Below, in pieces: positions 48,502-58,566 of a stretch of 64,000 bases of DNA. The DNA comes from an uncultured Candidatus Sumerlaeota bacterium (GTDB lineage: Bacteria > CAYMEV01). The position numbers and the translations under genes were made by a program. The DNA is taken from contig CAYMEV010000019.1 in assembly GCA_964389675.1 (NCBI GenBank), positions 1-64,000 of the forward strand, given 5' to 3'. The first letter of the stretch is position 1. Each line of letters opens with the position of its first letter. A model generated the notes under the pieces. The model did no database searches. It saw only the letters and a program-made list of their open reading frames with translations, and was not told where the DNA came from.

Positions 48502-51500
48502 ATGAAAAGAAAGCTGGTTCCTGATTTTATACTGGAAAAATGCCTGAATAATAAATTATCAGGCAGATTTAAAGCATATACGATGTTTCTGGACATATCG
48601 GGATTCACCGCCATGACCCAGGATCTCATGAAATACGGCAAGGAAGGTGTTGAAATCCTATCCCGAATAATTAACGATATATTCACGCCAGCCATAAATG
48701 AGGTTTATAATAATGGAGGGTTTATCTCCTCTTTTGCAGGTGATGCCTTTATGTCTGTATTCCGTCTCTGCAGGGCAGAATATGCTCTAAATGCAGCATA
48801 TGCAATTCAGAACCTCTTTGAAAAATGCGGGAGCTTTGAAACGAAATTCGGCAATTACATGCTAAGAGTCAGGATTGGATTATCAGCCGGCAATCTTCAG
48901 TACAGAATTATCGATGCAGGACATCAGCTGGCTTACTATTTCAAGGGCAGGGCAATTGATGGATGCTGTAATTCTGAGAATCTGGCTCAAAGCATGCAGA
49001 TTGTAGCTGACAATATCTTTTTATCAGGTTTATCTCGGGAGGTATGCATAAAGAAGATTGACGATACTCACTATTTAATACATCCGGGAAAACTCTTCCT
49101 GCCAAAGGCGGGAAAGCAGAAGGAACCAGTTATACCCGAAGGCATGCAGAAGCGTTTTATTCCTGAGGCTGTCCTTGAACTGAAAGCAAAAGGCGAATTC
49201 AGGGAAGTAGTTTCATGCTTTATAAGTTTCTCTCCGGATAGAGGATATAATGACTTTATAAAAATGGTAATAAAGAAGTGTTATTCCTATGGGGGTTATT
49301 TCAACCGCGTTGATTTCGGCGATAAAGGGCCTGTAATCCTTATACTTTTCGGTGCCCCTTCAGCCAGGGAAAAGCTCTACCAACGGGCATGCGATTTTAT
49401 TCTTGCCCTGCGCGCGCTTTCAAGGCTGAGATTCCGTGCAGGCATTACGGCAGAGACAGCTTTTGCCGGTTTTGTCGGTTCAGAGAAACAGTCAGAATAT
49501 ACAGCACTTGGCGGCAATGTCAATCTTGCTGCCCGATTTATGACAAATGCCGGCTGGTCAGAGATACTGACAGACAGGAATATATCAGAAAGTATGTCAG
49601 GAAGCTTTGTTTTTAATCTTAAAGGCTATTATGACCTTAAGGGCTTTTCTGTTAAGAAAAGAGCCTACCTTCTTAAAGAAAAAAAACTGAAGGATTATGA
49701 CAGCGGTACAGCCGGCCATTTTATAGGAAGAGATGCTGAAGCAGGCATGCTGAGAAAGATCCTCCAGCCCATTTTTCAGAAAAGGTTTGGAGGTCTTATA
49801 TATATCGACGGCCCGGCAGGGATAGGGAAATCTGAGTTTGTCAGGCACTTTGCCTTCAGCCTGAGCAGTTGCAGATTCCTGTACCTGCAATGTGATGAAA
49901 TATTGAGAAAGTCATTTAACCCGTTCATATACCTGCTAAAAAAATACTTTGGGCAGAATGATTATAATACGGAGAGACAGAACAGCCTGACCTTCAGAAG
50001 GATATATAAAGACCTGACGGGCAGATGCCCTGATCATAGCATAAAAAAGGAATTAGAACGTACAGAATCTGTAATAGCTGCACTGACAGGATTAGCATTC
50101 CGTAATTCCCTTTACTCAGAGCTGAATGAAAAGGACAGGTACGACAATACTATATATGCTGTAAAGAATTTCTTAATTTCTCTTGCCCTGATCGGCCCTG
50201 TGGTTCTGGTCCTGGAGGATGCCCACTGGATAGATTCAGACAGCAAAAACCTTATTAAAATGCTTGTGAGGAATGTAGGCAAATATCCGTTTGCTATACT
50301 TGTTATCTGCCGTACTCAATATGAAGGGGCCAGGTTTGAAATCCTGGATCCCAGAGATATGGATGCAAGTACTGCCAGGCTGGAGATAATGCCTTTCAGC
50401 AGGGAAAAAATTATCACCATGGTCACAGCAATTCTTGGTAAAAAGAAAATACCTGGAGATACGCTTGATTATATTTGGGATAAAAGCCGGGGAAACCCTT
50501 TTTATGCAGGGCAGATACTGATGTACCTGCATGAAAAGGGAATGCTGGGCGAAAATCTGACAAATAAGCATGACATACTCCCTTCCAGCATCAGCCAGAT
50601 CATAATGGCACGCATAGACAGGCTTTCAACAAGGACAAAGGAAATTATAAAGTCAGCATCTGTCCTTGGAATGGAATTTGCCCTCCTGCTTCTGAAAAAA
50701 CTCCTTGCCAGGGTAAATATCATAATAGATGATAATGAATATCAAAACCAGCTGCAGATCGGTTACAGGGAACAGATTTGGGAAGCCATCTCCGGCCTTT
50801 TTCTGATCTTTAAGCATACACTTATAAGGGATTCAGTATATGAAATGCAACTGCATGAAAGGACCAGGAAGCTCCATAATATTGCAGGCCTTGTAATGGA
50901 AGAACTATACAGCAGCAGGCTCGAAAATTATTACGAAGAGCTTGTGAACCATTTTGTAAGGGCTGAGAACGCGGAAAAAGCCCGCTTTTATCTCTGGTTA
51001 GCCGCTGAGCAGGCAAAAAGCAGATTCTTTAATGAAAAGGCAGTAGAATATTATGAAATTCTGGAGAGTTATTACCAGAAGGATTATTACAATCTATCAA
51101 AGATTCTGCTGAATAAAAGCCATGTCCTGGAAATAGCAGGCAAAATAAAAAAGGCAGATGAAGCTGCTGGCAAAGCCCTTAATTACGCCAATAATTCAGG
51201 CGATTATGAACTGATTGCTAAATGCATGAATAAGCTTGGCTGGCTTTATGGCCTGCAGAATGAAAGCGTCAAGGCAAAGGATATCCTGTTTAAAGCATTG
51301 AAAATAGCTGAAAACATCGATTCAAAAGAGATGAAAGGCATGCTTACGGGAAATTTAGGTAAAATATATATGGATGAAAGTAATTATGCAGAGGCTCTGG
51401 AATATTTTTACAAAGACCTTGAGATAGGAAGGCTAATTGATCCTGATAATATTGATGTGCCAATCAATAATATAGGCCTTGTCTACACTCACCAGGGCAG

Positions 51501-52434
51501 TCACAATAAGGCAATCGAATGCTTTAAGGAAGCTTTGAGCATTATTGAAAGAAAAAATGATAAAAGCGGCATGGCAAGGACACTCTGCAATATTGGAATG
51601 GCCTATCATTACCAGGGCAACCTTAAGGCTGCTGCAGAGTATTATGAAAAGTCAATTAAGATCAGCGATGAATGCGGTATAAAAAGGATCAGCGGGGTAG
51701 CAAACGGGAATATGGGCAGTATATATTTTATGCTGGATGATTATGACAAAGCACTGCAGTATTATAATAAAAGGCTTGAGATTGCACAGGAACTGGGCGA
51801 TAAGTTCGGTGCCAGCTCTGCTGTTGGCAATATCGGGGTCATCTATACCACTCTGGGGAAATTTGATGAGGGAATGGAACTATTCCGAAAAAAACTTGAT
51901 ATATCCAGAGCAATAGGGAATAAAAATTCAGAATGCAATGCACTGTCAGATATAGCGATAAACCAGTGGTATAGAAAAGATTATTCAGAAGCTTTAAAAA
52001 CCTTTGATGAAGCAATTAGAACAGCAAGAAAGATAAATCTCAGATACCATCTCTGCGAATTTTTATCACTAAAGTCAGAAATGATGTATGAAACAGGAAG
52101 GGCCGGGGAAGCAGAAAAAGAAATCGATGAGGCATACACTATCGCTTCTGAGTTTGGCAGGAAAGATATAATTTTTAATATGTCCCTGTTAAGGCTTTCA
52201 ATTGATAAGGATACAAAAGGGCTTAAAAGATTATTAAGCAGTACAGAAAAGGCTGAGGATAAGGCAAAAATAAACCATGCACTGTGGAAGGTCACCAATG
52301 ACAGAAACACTGCCGGCAAAACCATTAAGATGTATAAAGAGCTTTTTGAAAAAATACCCAAATTCACCTATAAAAAGGCTATTGAAGAAATAGAGAAAGC
52401 TTTGGGCAGGCAGGACAAAAAGAAGAAAAATTAA
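48502..52434 (+). CDS. Soluble-adenylyl-cyclase-like STAND-TPR protein (paralog B)
   Basis: FLDISGFT, FAGDA, DFGDKG, EYTALGGNVNLAARFM, GPAGIGKS, LEDAHWID, GNPFY, TPR array. Confidence 0.9.
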   Translation: MKRKLVPDFILEKCLNNKLSGRFKAYTMFLDISGFTAMTQDLMKYGKEGVEILSRIINDIFTPAINEVYNNGGFISSFAGDAFMSVFRLCRAEYALNAAYAIQNLFEKCGSFETKFGNYMLRVRIGLSAGNLQYRIIDAGHQLAYYFKGRAIDGCCNSENLAQSMQIVADNIFLSGLSREVCIKKIDDTHYLIHPGKLFLPKAGKQKEPVIPEGMQKRFIPEAVLELKAKGEFREVVSCFISFSPDRGYNDFIKMVIKKCYSYGGYFNRVDFGDKGPVILILFGAPSAREKLYQRACDFILALRALSRLRFRAGITAETAFAGFVGSEKQSEYTALGGNVNLAARFMTNAGWSEILTDRNISESMSGSFVFNLKGYYDLKGFSVKKRAYLLKEKKLKDYDSGTAGHFIGRDAEAGMLRKILQPIFQKRFGGLIYIDGPAGIGKSEFVRHFAFSLSSCRFLYLQCDEILRKSFNPFIYLLKKYFGQNDYNTERQNSLTFRRIYKDLTGRCPDHSIKKELERTESVIAALTGLAFRNSLYSELNEKDRYDNTIYAVKNFLISLALIGPVVLVLEDAHWIDSDSKNLIKMLVRNVGKYPFAILVICRTQYEGARFEILDPRDMDASTARLEIMPFSREKIITMVTAILGKKKIPGDTLDYIWDKSRGNPFYAGQILMYLHEKGMLGENLTNKHDILPSSISQIIMARIDRLSTRTKEIIKSASVLGMEFALLLLKKLLARVNIIIDDNEYQNQLQIGYREQIWEAISGLFLIFKHTLIRDSVYEMQLHERTRKLHNIAGLVMEELYSSRLENYYEELVNHFVRAENAEKARFYLWLAAEQAKSRFFNEKAVEYYEILESYYQKDYYNLSKILLNKSHVLEIAGKIKKADEAAGKALNYANNSGDYELIAKCMNKLGWLYGLQNESVKAKDILFKALKIAENIDSKEMKGMLTGNLGKIYMDESNYAEALEYFYKDLEIGRLIDPDNIDVPINNIGLVYTHQGSHNKAIECFKEALSIIERKNDKSGMARTLCNIGMAYHYQGNLKAAAEYYEKSIKISDECGIKRISGVANGNMGSIYFMLDDYDKALQYYNKRLEIAQELGDKFGASSAVGNIGVIYTTLGKFDEGMELFRKKLDISRAIGNKNSECNALSDIAINQWYRKDYSEALKTFDEAIRTARKINLRYHLCEFLSLKSEMMYETGRAGEAEKEIDEAYTIASEFGRKDIIFNMSLLRLSIDKDTKGLKRLLSSTEKAEDKAKINHALWKVTNDRNTAGKTIKMYKELFEKIPKFTYKKAIEEIEKALGRQDKKKKN

Positions 52435-52511
52435 TACCCGTGTAAAACTGCCGGTTTATTCTCATAAATAAAAGATTGCCGATGTTTTAGGACAGGCATG
52501 AGTCTAATGGA

Positions 52512-53009
52512 TTATCCAGCACAATTATCAGCTCTGCCTGTAAGTATCTCAAGCCCATGATGCAGGCTTTCTATTATATATTCGAGGGATTCTCTGACAG
52601 CCTTTGGGCTGCCGGGAAGATTTACAATAAGGGTTTTATTCCTTATCCCGGAAATACCCCTTGAAAGCATAGCCCTCGGAGTAATTTTAAGGCTGTAGCT
52701 CCTTATGGCCTCAGAGATACCTGGAGCCTGCCTGCTGATAATCTTTGCTGTGGCTTCCGGGGTTATGTCCCTTTCAGCAAATCCTGTACCCCCGGTAGTA
52801 AGGATAAGGTCAGCGCCCAGGTCATCCGCCATAAATATCATTTCTTCTGATATCTGTTTCAGATCATCAGGCAGAACAATATATTTAACAATCTCATAAC
52901 CGTTATCCCTCAAAATATCAATCGCGGTATTCCCGCTCTCATCCTTCCTGCTCCCCTTATGACAGCTGTCAGATGCTGTTATAACGCATGCTGAAAATGA
53001 GCTCTTCAT
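52512..53009 (-). CDS. mogA: Molybdopterin adenylyltransferase (MogA/MoaB family)
   Basis: ITASD, DESG, TTGGTG..RDITPEAT, AMLSRG, NLPGSPKA. Confidence 0.9.
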   Translation of the reverse strand: MKSSFSACVITASDSCHKGSRKDESGNTAIDILRDNGYEIVKYIVLPDDLKQISEEMIFMADDLGADLILTTGGTGFAERDITPEATAKIISRQAPGISEAIRSYSLKITPRAMLSRGISGIRNKTLIVNLPGSPKAVRESLEYIIESLHHGLEILTGRADNCAG

Positions 53010-53078
53010 TCTTCTCTCCTGTTAAAATATATAATAAATAGTACTTTTTCATGATCATGTACAATCCTGACCCAAGAT

Positions 53079-55286
53079 TTAGACCTCATCTTCGCAGATG
53101 CTGTCCGGACACTGGTATTCAAGCAGCTCTCCAACAAAAACACTCGAATTTTTGACGAAAAATACAGTCTGAAGATCCCCGCAGATAGACTTCAGTTTTT
53201 TTGCATACGATTCTTCATCACCGTCTTTCGGCGTATTCAGCCCCAGTATTACGGCATCAGCATTCTTGCTGTATGAATGAATGATCTCTATGAACCCCTT
53301 ACCTTCGGGTTTTACCATAACAGTAGATTCCGCCCTGATCCTGATCTGTTCAATAAGGTTTTTAAGATAGTTTTCTGTAAAGCTTTTCATATCCTCATTA
53401 TTTGCAATGCTTATTATCTCTATTATTGAGCCTCTCCATTCAGGGTTCTGGACAAGAAGGTGGGCAAGCAGTATCATCAGGTCGCCATTCCTCTGAAGCC
53501 CTCCCCACCAGATATGGATTGTCTTCTTCTCGCCTTCCTTGTGAAACAGCCGTTTTGGATTGATCCTGCAGAGAATGATTGATTTGTTTACAACAGCCAG
53601 CTTTTTCATGGCTGAAAGCATGTCGGCAAGGTCTTTTGGCTTTTTAGGCCAGCCTATCATGACAGTATTGCTCTGAATACCCGCCATACCGTTTGCCTGG
53701 CTCACAGTAACAAGTCCGTCAATAAAACCGGGAACAACATCCACTTCTGAAAACAGGGCCAGGCCTTCATTCTTAATCAGCTTCTGCATCTCCTGCCTTT
53801 CCTTTTCCAGATCTATCTTTCTGTCAAGAAGGTCGCCTATCTTAAGTTTGCATACAGTAACGATACCACTTGCCTGGCTGAACCAGTTGGCAAACCATAT
53901 AAGGTCAAGGCTCTCCTCAACATTATTTATAATGACAAGGATATGAGGGCGCCAGTTCCTTGCACTCATAGGATGGTCAGCAAGCTTGTGAAGAGCTTTT
54001 TTTATAATTGCTTCAAATACGCCCCTTCTCACATCTCCATAGCGTTCCATCTGTTCTCTCCTGACAAGGACCGCATAGAGTGCGGACTCAATAGCAATGG
54101 CAATAATGCTTGCCAGGGGAGAAATGAGAAACATCACAAACACGCAGGCTATGCCTCCCAGCAGATAGATCACCCATGGCAGGCGGATCTTGGGCCTCCA
54201 GTACGGTTCATTGCTCATTGTCTCGAGGGCGGCAACAATATTTATTGTTCCGTAAACAGTCAGGAAGAACATCGTAACAACCGTTGCAACAAGGTTCAAT
54301 CCTCCTATCATTACAGCACCCAGGGCTATAAGTGTTGTAACGGCAAACCCTATCCTCAGGCTTTTTTCACCCTCAAACAGCTTTAAAAGCCTCCTGCTCT
54401 TGATATGGTCAAAGGACAGCGCCTGGACGGTCCTCGGAGCAGAAAGCATCGAACCGACCGCAGATGAAAAGATAGCTCCAAACAGGCCGGGAAGTATGAA
54501 TAATGCCCCGTACGGTACTATATGGGTCCAGATCAGGCTGTCATTCCTGAGAGCCTCATGGTCTGCCCCGTATGACAGCACAAATGGCATTGCCATGTAT
54601 ACTGCAAACCCTGTTATTGTGGCAAGAGTGGCGCCAAGCGGTATTGACCTCTGAGGGTTCTTAAGGTCTCCGCTCAAGCCAAGCCCTGCCATTATGCCTG
54701 TAACAGCAGGGAAAAAAACAGCAAATGCCTGCCAGAATGTTATCTCCCCAAATGAGACTGAGGACATCTCATGTGCCTTTCCGGTCAGGGAGCTTATCGT
54801 AAGCGCAATAATGGACAGTACAACCAGGCCCATCAGCGGTACCTGTACCTTTAGTGCTGTTTTAGCCCCCTTATAGCTGAGTGCGGCAACAATTAAAATA
54901 ATTATAAATGTTGCTTCCTGTATGGGGATCTGATCCCAGATAATACGGAATGATTCAGCGAGACCATAGGAATAAAGCGTTATGGAAAATGCCTGGGAAA
55001 GAAAGAGAGGTATGCCTATTGCCGTGCCTATCTCAAGCCCGAGGCTCCTGCTGATAATGTAATATGCTCCTCCTGTTCCCACCCTCGCATTTGTTGCAAC
55101 TGACGAAAAAGAAAGGGTTGTGATCAATGTTATTGAATTTGCCAGTATGACTATCAGCAGTGTATTGTGAAGCCCCATATTGCCAAGGACCCATCCCATA
55201 CGCATATACATAATTACACCGAGGATAGTGAGGATAGTAGGTGTAAAAACACCAAGAAAGGTACCAAGCCTTCTTTTCTCTTCCAT
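53079..55286 (-). CDS. Cation-chloride cotransporter (SLC12-like) / amino acid permease
   Basis: GVFTPTILTILGVIMYMR.GW, GGAYYIISRSLG, FAVFFPAVTGIMAG..SGDLK.P, NWRPHIL, IWWGG. Confidence 0.88.
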   Translation of the reverse strand: MEEKRRLGTFLGVFTPTILTILGVIMYMRMGWVLGNMGLHNTLLIVILANSITLITTLSFSSVATNARVGTGGAYYIISRSLGLEIGTAIGIPLFLSQAFSITLYSYGLAESFRIIWDQIPIQEATFIIILIVAALSYKGAKTALKVQVPLMGLVVLSIIALTISSLTGKAHEMSSVSFGEITFWQAFAVFFPAVTGIMAGLGLSGDLKNPQRSIPLGATLATITGFAVYMAMPFVLSYGADHEALRNDSLIWTHIVPYGALFILPGLFGAIFSSAVGSMLSAPRTVQALSFDHIKSRRLLKLFEGEKSLRIGFAVTTLIALGAVMIGGLNLVATVVTMFFLTVYGTINIVAALETMSNEPYWRPKIRLPWVIYLLGGIACVFVMFLISPLASIIAIAIESALYAVLVRREQMERYGDVRRGVFEAIIKKALHKLADHPMSARNWRPHILVIINNVEESLDLIWFANWFSQASGIVTVCKLKIGDLLDRKIDLEKERQEMQKLIKNEGLALFSEVDVVPGFIDGLVTVSQANGMAGIQSNTVMIGWPKKPKDLADMLSAMKKLAVVNKSIILCRINPKRLFHKEGEKKTIHIWWGGLQRNGDLMILLAHLLVQNPEWRGSIIEIISIANNEDMKSFTENYLKNLIEQIRIRAESTVMVKPEGKGFIEIIHSYSKNADAVILGLNTPKDGDEESYAKKLKSICGDLQTVFFVKNSSVFVGELLEYQCPDSICEDEV

Positions 55287-55498
55287 AAGCTCCCTGCTGC
55301 TAGAGATTTTTTATCAGGTATGTATTTTATTCTGCTGAATAACCTAAATCAAATAAAATCTGATAATATTTCACAGGGCCTGAAGCCTCTTTATTCACTT
55401 GATATGAGTCAGCGGGCTTATTTTAGCTGTAAAAAAAATGCTTTTCAAGCCGGCTAAAAAAGAATACAATTAACCTAATATCTTACTTCAGGAGTAGA

Positions 55499-56707
55499 AT
55501 GATGGAAAGAATCGTAGGTACAGTGGTCAGGGGATTAAGAGCGCCAATAGTAAAAGAGGGTGAGGATATCTCCAGCCTCGTAACTGATATCGTTAAAAAT
55601 TTCTGGGAATCGGAGGGAGTTGCTCCCGGAGAAAGGGATATCGTAGCTGTCACGGAGTCTATAGTCGCCCGTGCCCAGGGTAATTATGCAACAATTGAGG
55701 ATATTGCCCGGGATGTTCATCAGAAGTTTCAGGACAATAAAGTAGGCATAATATTCCCAATACTGAGCAGGAACCGCTTTGCAATATGCCTCAGGGGTAT
55801 TGCGAGGGGAATCGCATCCGGAGGCAGGGACATTACCATAATGCTGAGCTATCCCGCTGATGAAGTAGGCAATCACCTTGTATATATTGACAGGCTGGAT
55901 GAAGAGGGGATAAACCCCTGGACTGATGTACTTGATGAAAAGACATTCAGGCACCATTTCGGCTTTGAAAAGCACACTTTCACGGGAATGGACTATATAG
56001 ACTACTATAAGGGCATAGTCGAGGAAGAAGGCGTAATCTGCAGGGTCATATTCTCCAATAACCCGGGAACAATCCTTGATCATACAAAATATGTAATAAA
56101 CTGCGATATACATTCAAGGAAAAGGACAAAGGCTATTTTGTCAAATATGGGAGCTAAAACAGTTTTCAGCCTCGATGAAATCCTGGACAAAAGCGTAAAC
56201 GGAAGCGGATTCAATGAAGATTACGGCCTTCTCGGCTCTAATAAGGCGACAGAATACACAATAAAACTTTTCCCCAGGGACAGCAACAGGATTGTCCGGG
56301 AGATACAGAGAAAACTGAAACAGCTCTCAGGAAAGACCATTGAAGTTATGATCTATGGTGACGGGGCGTTCAAGGACCCTGTCGGGAAGATCTGGGAGCT
56401 TGCAGACCCTGTTGTATCTCCTGGCTATACGGACGGGCTTGAAGGCACTCCGAACGAGGTAAAGATAAAATACCTCGCGGACAATAACTTTGCCCATTTA
56501 AGCGGAGATGAGCTGAAAGAGGCTATCTCCGAACACATCAAGCATAAGGATGATGACCTTACAGGAAATATGGAATCACAGGGAACAACACCAAGGCGCC
56601 TGACAGACCTTATAGGTTCACTCTGTGACCTTACTTCCGGCTCAGGGGATAAGGGCACTCCCATTGTTTATATTCAGGGGTACTTTGATAATTTCACAAA
56701 GGTCTGA
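55499..56707 (+). CDS. Coenzyme F420:L-glutamate ligase-like protein
   Basis: R.PIVKEG, VTESIVARAQGN, GDGAFKDP, GTTPRRLTDLIGSLCDLTSGSGDKGTP. Confidence 0.8.
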   Translation: MMERIVGTVVRGLRAPIVKEGEDISSLVTDIVKNFWESEGVAPGERDIVAVTESIVARAQGNYATIEDIARDVHQKFQDNKVGIIFPILSRNRFAICLRGIARGIASGGRDITIMLSYPADEVGNHLVYIDRLDEEGINPWTDVLDEKTFRHHFGFEKHTFTGMDYIDYYKGIVEEEGVICRVIFSNNPGTILDHTKYVINCDIHSRKRTKAILSNMGAKTVFSLDEILDKSVNGSGFNEDYGLLGSNKATEYTIKLFPRDSNRIVREIQRKLKQLSGKTIEVMIYGDGAFKDPVGKIWELADPVVSPGYTDGLEGTPNEVKIKYLADNNFAHLSGDELKEAISEHIKHKDDDLTGNMESQGTTPRRLTDLIGSLCDLTSGSGDKGTPIVYIQGYFDNFTKV

Positions 56708-56832
56708 TAAAAACAGTGTTGTTTCTTGCATTCTGTTTTTGCAGTCATGCACTTTTTATGAAATGATCAATTTTATATTGCCTGGATCCAGATCTTTTTG
56801 GCCATCTTTATAAGATATGGCATCTGCATCTG

Positions 56833-57675
56833 TTATTTTTTGCCCATTAAGGCTCTCAATACCTCGGAAAGCTCAGGCATTTCATCTCTGTCCTTGAAAC
56901 CGCTCATACGCCTGTATATCTCCGAGGCTGCTTCATGGAATCCTCCCGGCAACCCTGCATTCTTAAATGTAGAGGCGATCTCTTTCATTTCACCGGAAAA
57001 CCTCCATGCCTTTGCCGTCACCCTTCTTGCCATCTCCCCTGTCTTTTCAGAAAAGCCAGGGTCTTCCAGCGACCACTGGCCCTCAAGGGCATTTCTTACA
57101 TTATATGATTCGGATACACCAAGGATGCCGCATAGCAAAGCAGCCCTGCCTTTTGTATAGGCTGCATAGCACATCTTAAGGGCTGAAGCTTCTCCAATCT
57201 TTTCACCCAGGATCTTTGTCCTAAGAGACCCTTCTGAAAAATTGCCTGCAACCTCAGGTGCCTGTTTTCCTGAAAGATACAGCCAGGTAGTTCCTGAATT
57301 CCATGCAGGGCCCCCTATTATTCCGCCATCAACAAAGGAAACAGAATTTTCTTTCATCAATTCAGATATCTCCAGGGCTTTCTGCGGCGAGATTGCATTT
57401 AGATCAGCGTATATACCATCAAATGAACTCTCTATTACCTGTTTTGCCACATCTACAGCAGCATGAGGAGGGCAAATGCTCAGAATTATCCTGCACTCCC
57501 TGATTAATTCTGATAGGGACACTGCATCAGAAATGCCGTGCTTAAAAGCACGTTCAGCAGTAGCTGAACTTCTTCCTTCTGAAACCCAGAATACATCATT
57601 ACCATTTATCTTTGCTGATCGAGCAATAAAAACACCCATCTTTCCAGGGTGCAATATTCCTATCTTTTCTCTCAT
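56833..57675 (-). CDS. NAD(P)-dependent oxidoreductase (3-hydroxyisobutyrate/6-PGDH-like, DUF1932)
   Basis: IGILHPGKMG, SICPP, DLNAISP, ASALKMCYAAYTKG, AWRF.GEM.EIA. Confidence 0.88.
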   Translation of the reverse strand: MREKIGILHPGKMGVFIARSAKINGNDVFWVSEGRSSATAERAFKHGISDAVSLSELIRECRIILSICPPHAAVDVAKQVIESSFDGIYADLNAISPQKALEISELMKENSVSFVDGGIIGGPAWNSGTTWLYLSGKQAPEVAGNFSEGSLRTKILGEKIGEASALKMCYAAYTKGRAALLCGILGVSESYNVRNALEGQWSLEDPGFSEKTGEMARRVTAKAWRFSGEMKEIASTFKNAGLPGGFHEAASEIYRRMSGFKDRDEMPELSEVLRALMGKK

Positions 57676-57809
57676 AATAGCTCTCCTGAAACTTTTAAGA
57701 CAGGATAACAGCCAGCTGGAATTTTGACAATATTAAAATTTGAAAAACTAGTAAACAGCTATTATAATAGTTTAAGTAAGGTTATTTATAAAAAAGGAGG
57801 GGAACAAAC

Positions 57810-58541
57810 ATGAATTACCTTATCTTTTTTCTTGGCATGTTCATTGCGGTTTCTATGGTTTTCTCAGATGAATTATTTGAAAGGGATATTATTGAAACAA
57901 AGAAAGGCAGCATAGAAATTACCTTTATCGGGCATGGTACTCTGATGATGAAGTGGAAGGACAGAATAATACATATTGACCCGTACAGTGCTCTTGCCGA
58001 TTACTCAAAGCTCCCTAAAGCAGATATGATACTCCTGACCCACCATCACGGAGACCACCTTGACAGAAATGCAATTGACAAAATAAAAACTGAAAAAACA
58101 AAATTTTACCTTACTGAATTATGCCATAATGCCCTGAAATACGGAAAGATAATAAAGAACGGCGATACATTCATGTATGAGGACATCAGGATAGAAGCAA
58201 TCCCTGCCTACAATATAAAGCACAAAAGGGACAACGGAGAGCCTTATCACAAAAAAGGCGAGGGGAATGGATATATAATGACATTCGGGGACATCAGGAT
58301 ACTTATTGCAGGAGATACTGAAAACATACCAGAAATAAAGGAGCTGAAAGACATTGATATTGCCTTCCTGCCTATGAATCTTCCCTATACCATGTCCCCT
58401 GAAATGGTAAAGGATGCTGTTATATCTTTCAGACCTGATGTGCTATACCCATACCATTTTGGAAATACGGATACAGACAGGCTCCTGGAGCTTCTGAAGG
58501 ATGAAAAGCATATTGAGGTCAGGATCCGTAAAATGAGTTAA
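57810..58541 (+). CDS. Exported metallo-beta-lactamase-fold hydrolase
   Basis: Signal peptide; FIGHG, IDP, THHHGDH, AGDT, YPYH. Confidence 0.9.
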   Translation: MNYLIFFLGMFIAVSMVFSDELFERDIIETKKGSIEITFIGHGTLMMKWKDRIIHIDPYSALADYSKLPKADMILLTHHHGDHLDRNAIDKIKTEKTKFYLTELCHNALKYGKIIKNGDTFMYEDIRIEAIPAYNIKHKRDNGEPYHKKGEGNGYIMTFGDIRILIAGDTENIPEIKELKDIDIAFLPMNLPYTMSPEMVKDAVISFRPDVLYPYHFGNTDTDRLLELLKDEKHIEVRIRKMS

Positions 58542-58566
58542 CTCCGTATGTTAGGGATAATACATT

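Noticed and set aside
40400-53009. Cyclase block as an insertion splitting mogA from the moe/moa operon
   Set aside because: The riboswitch marks moeA as the natural operon start, and no insertion boundaries were seen.
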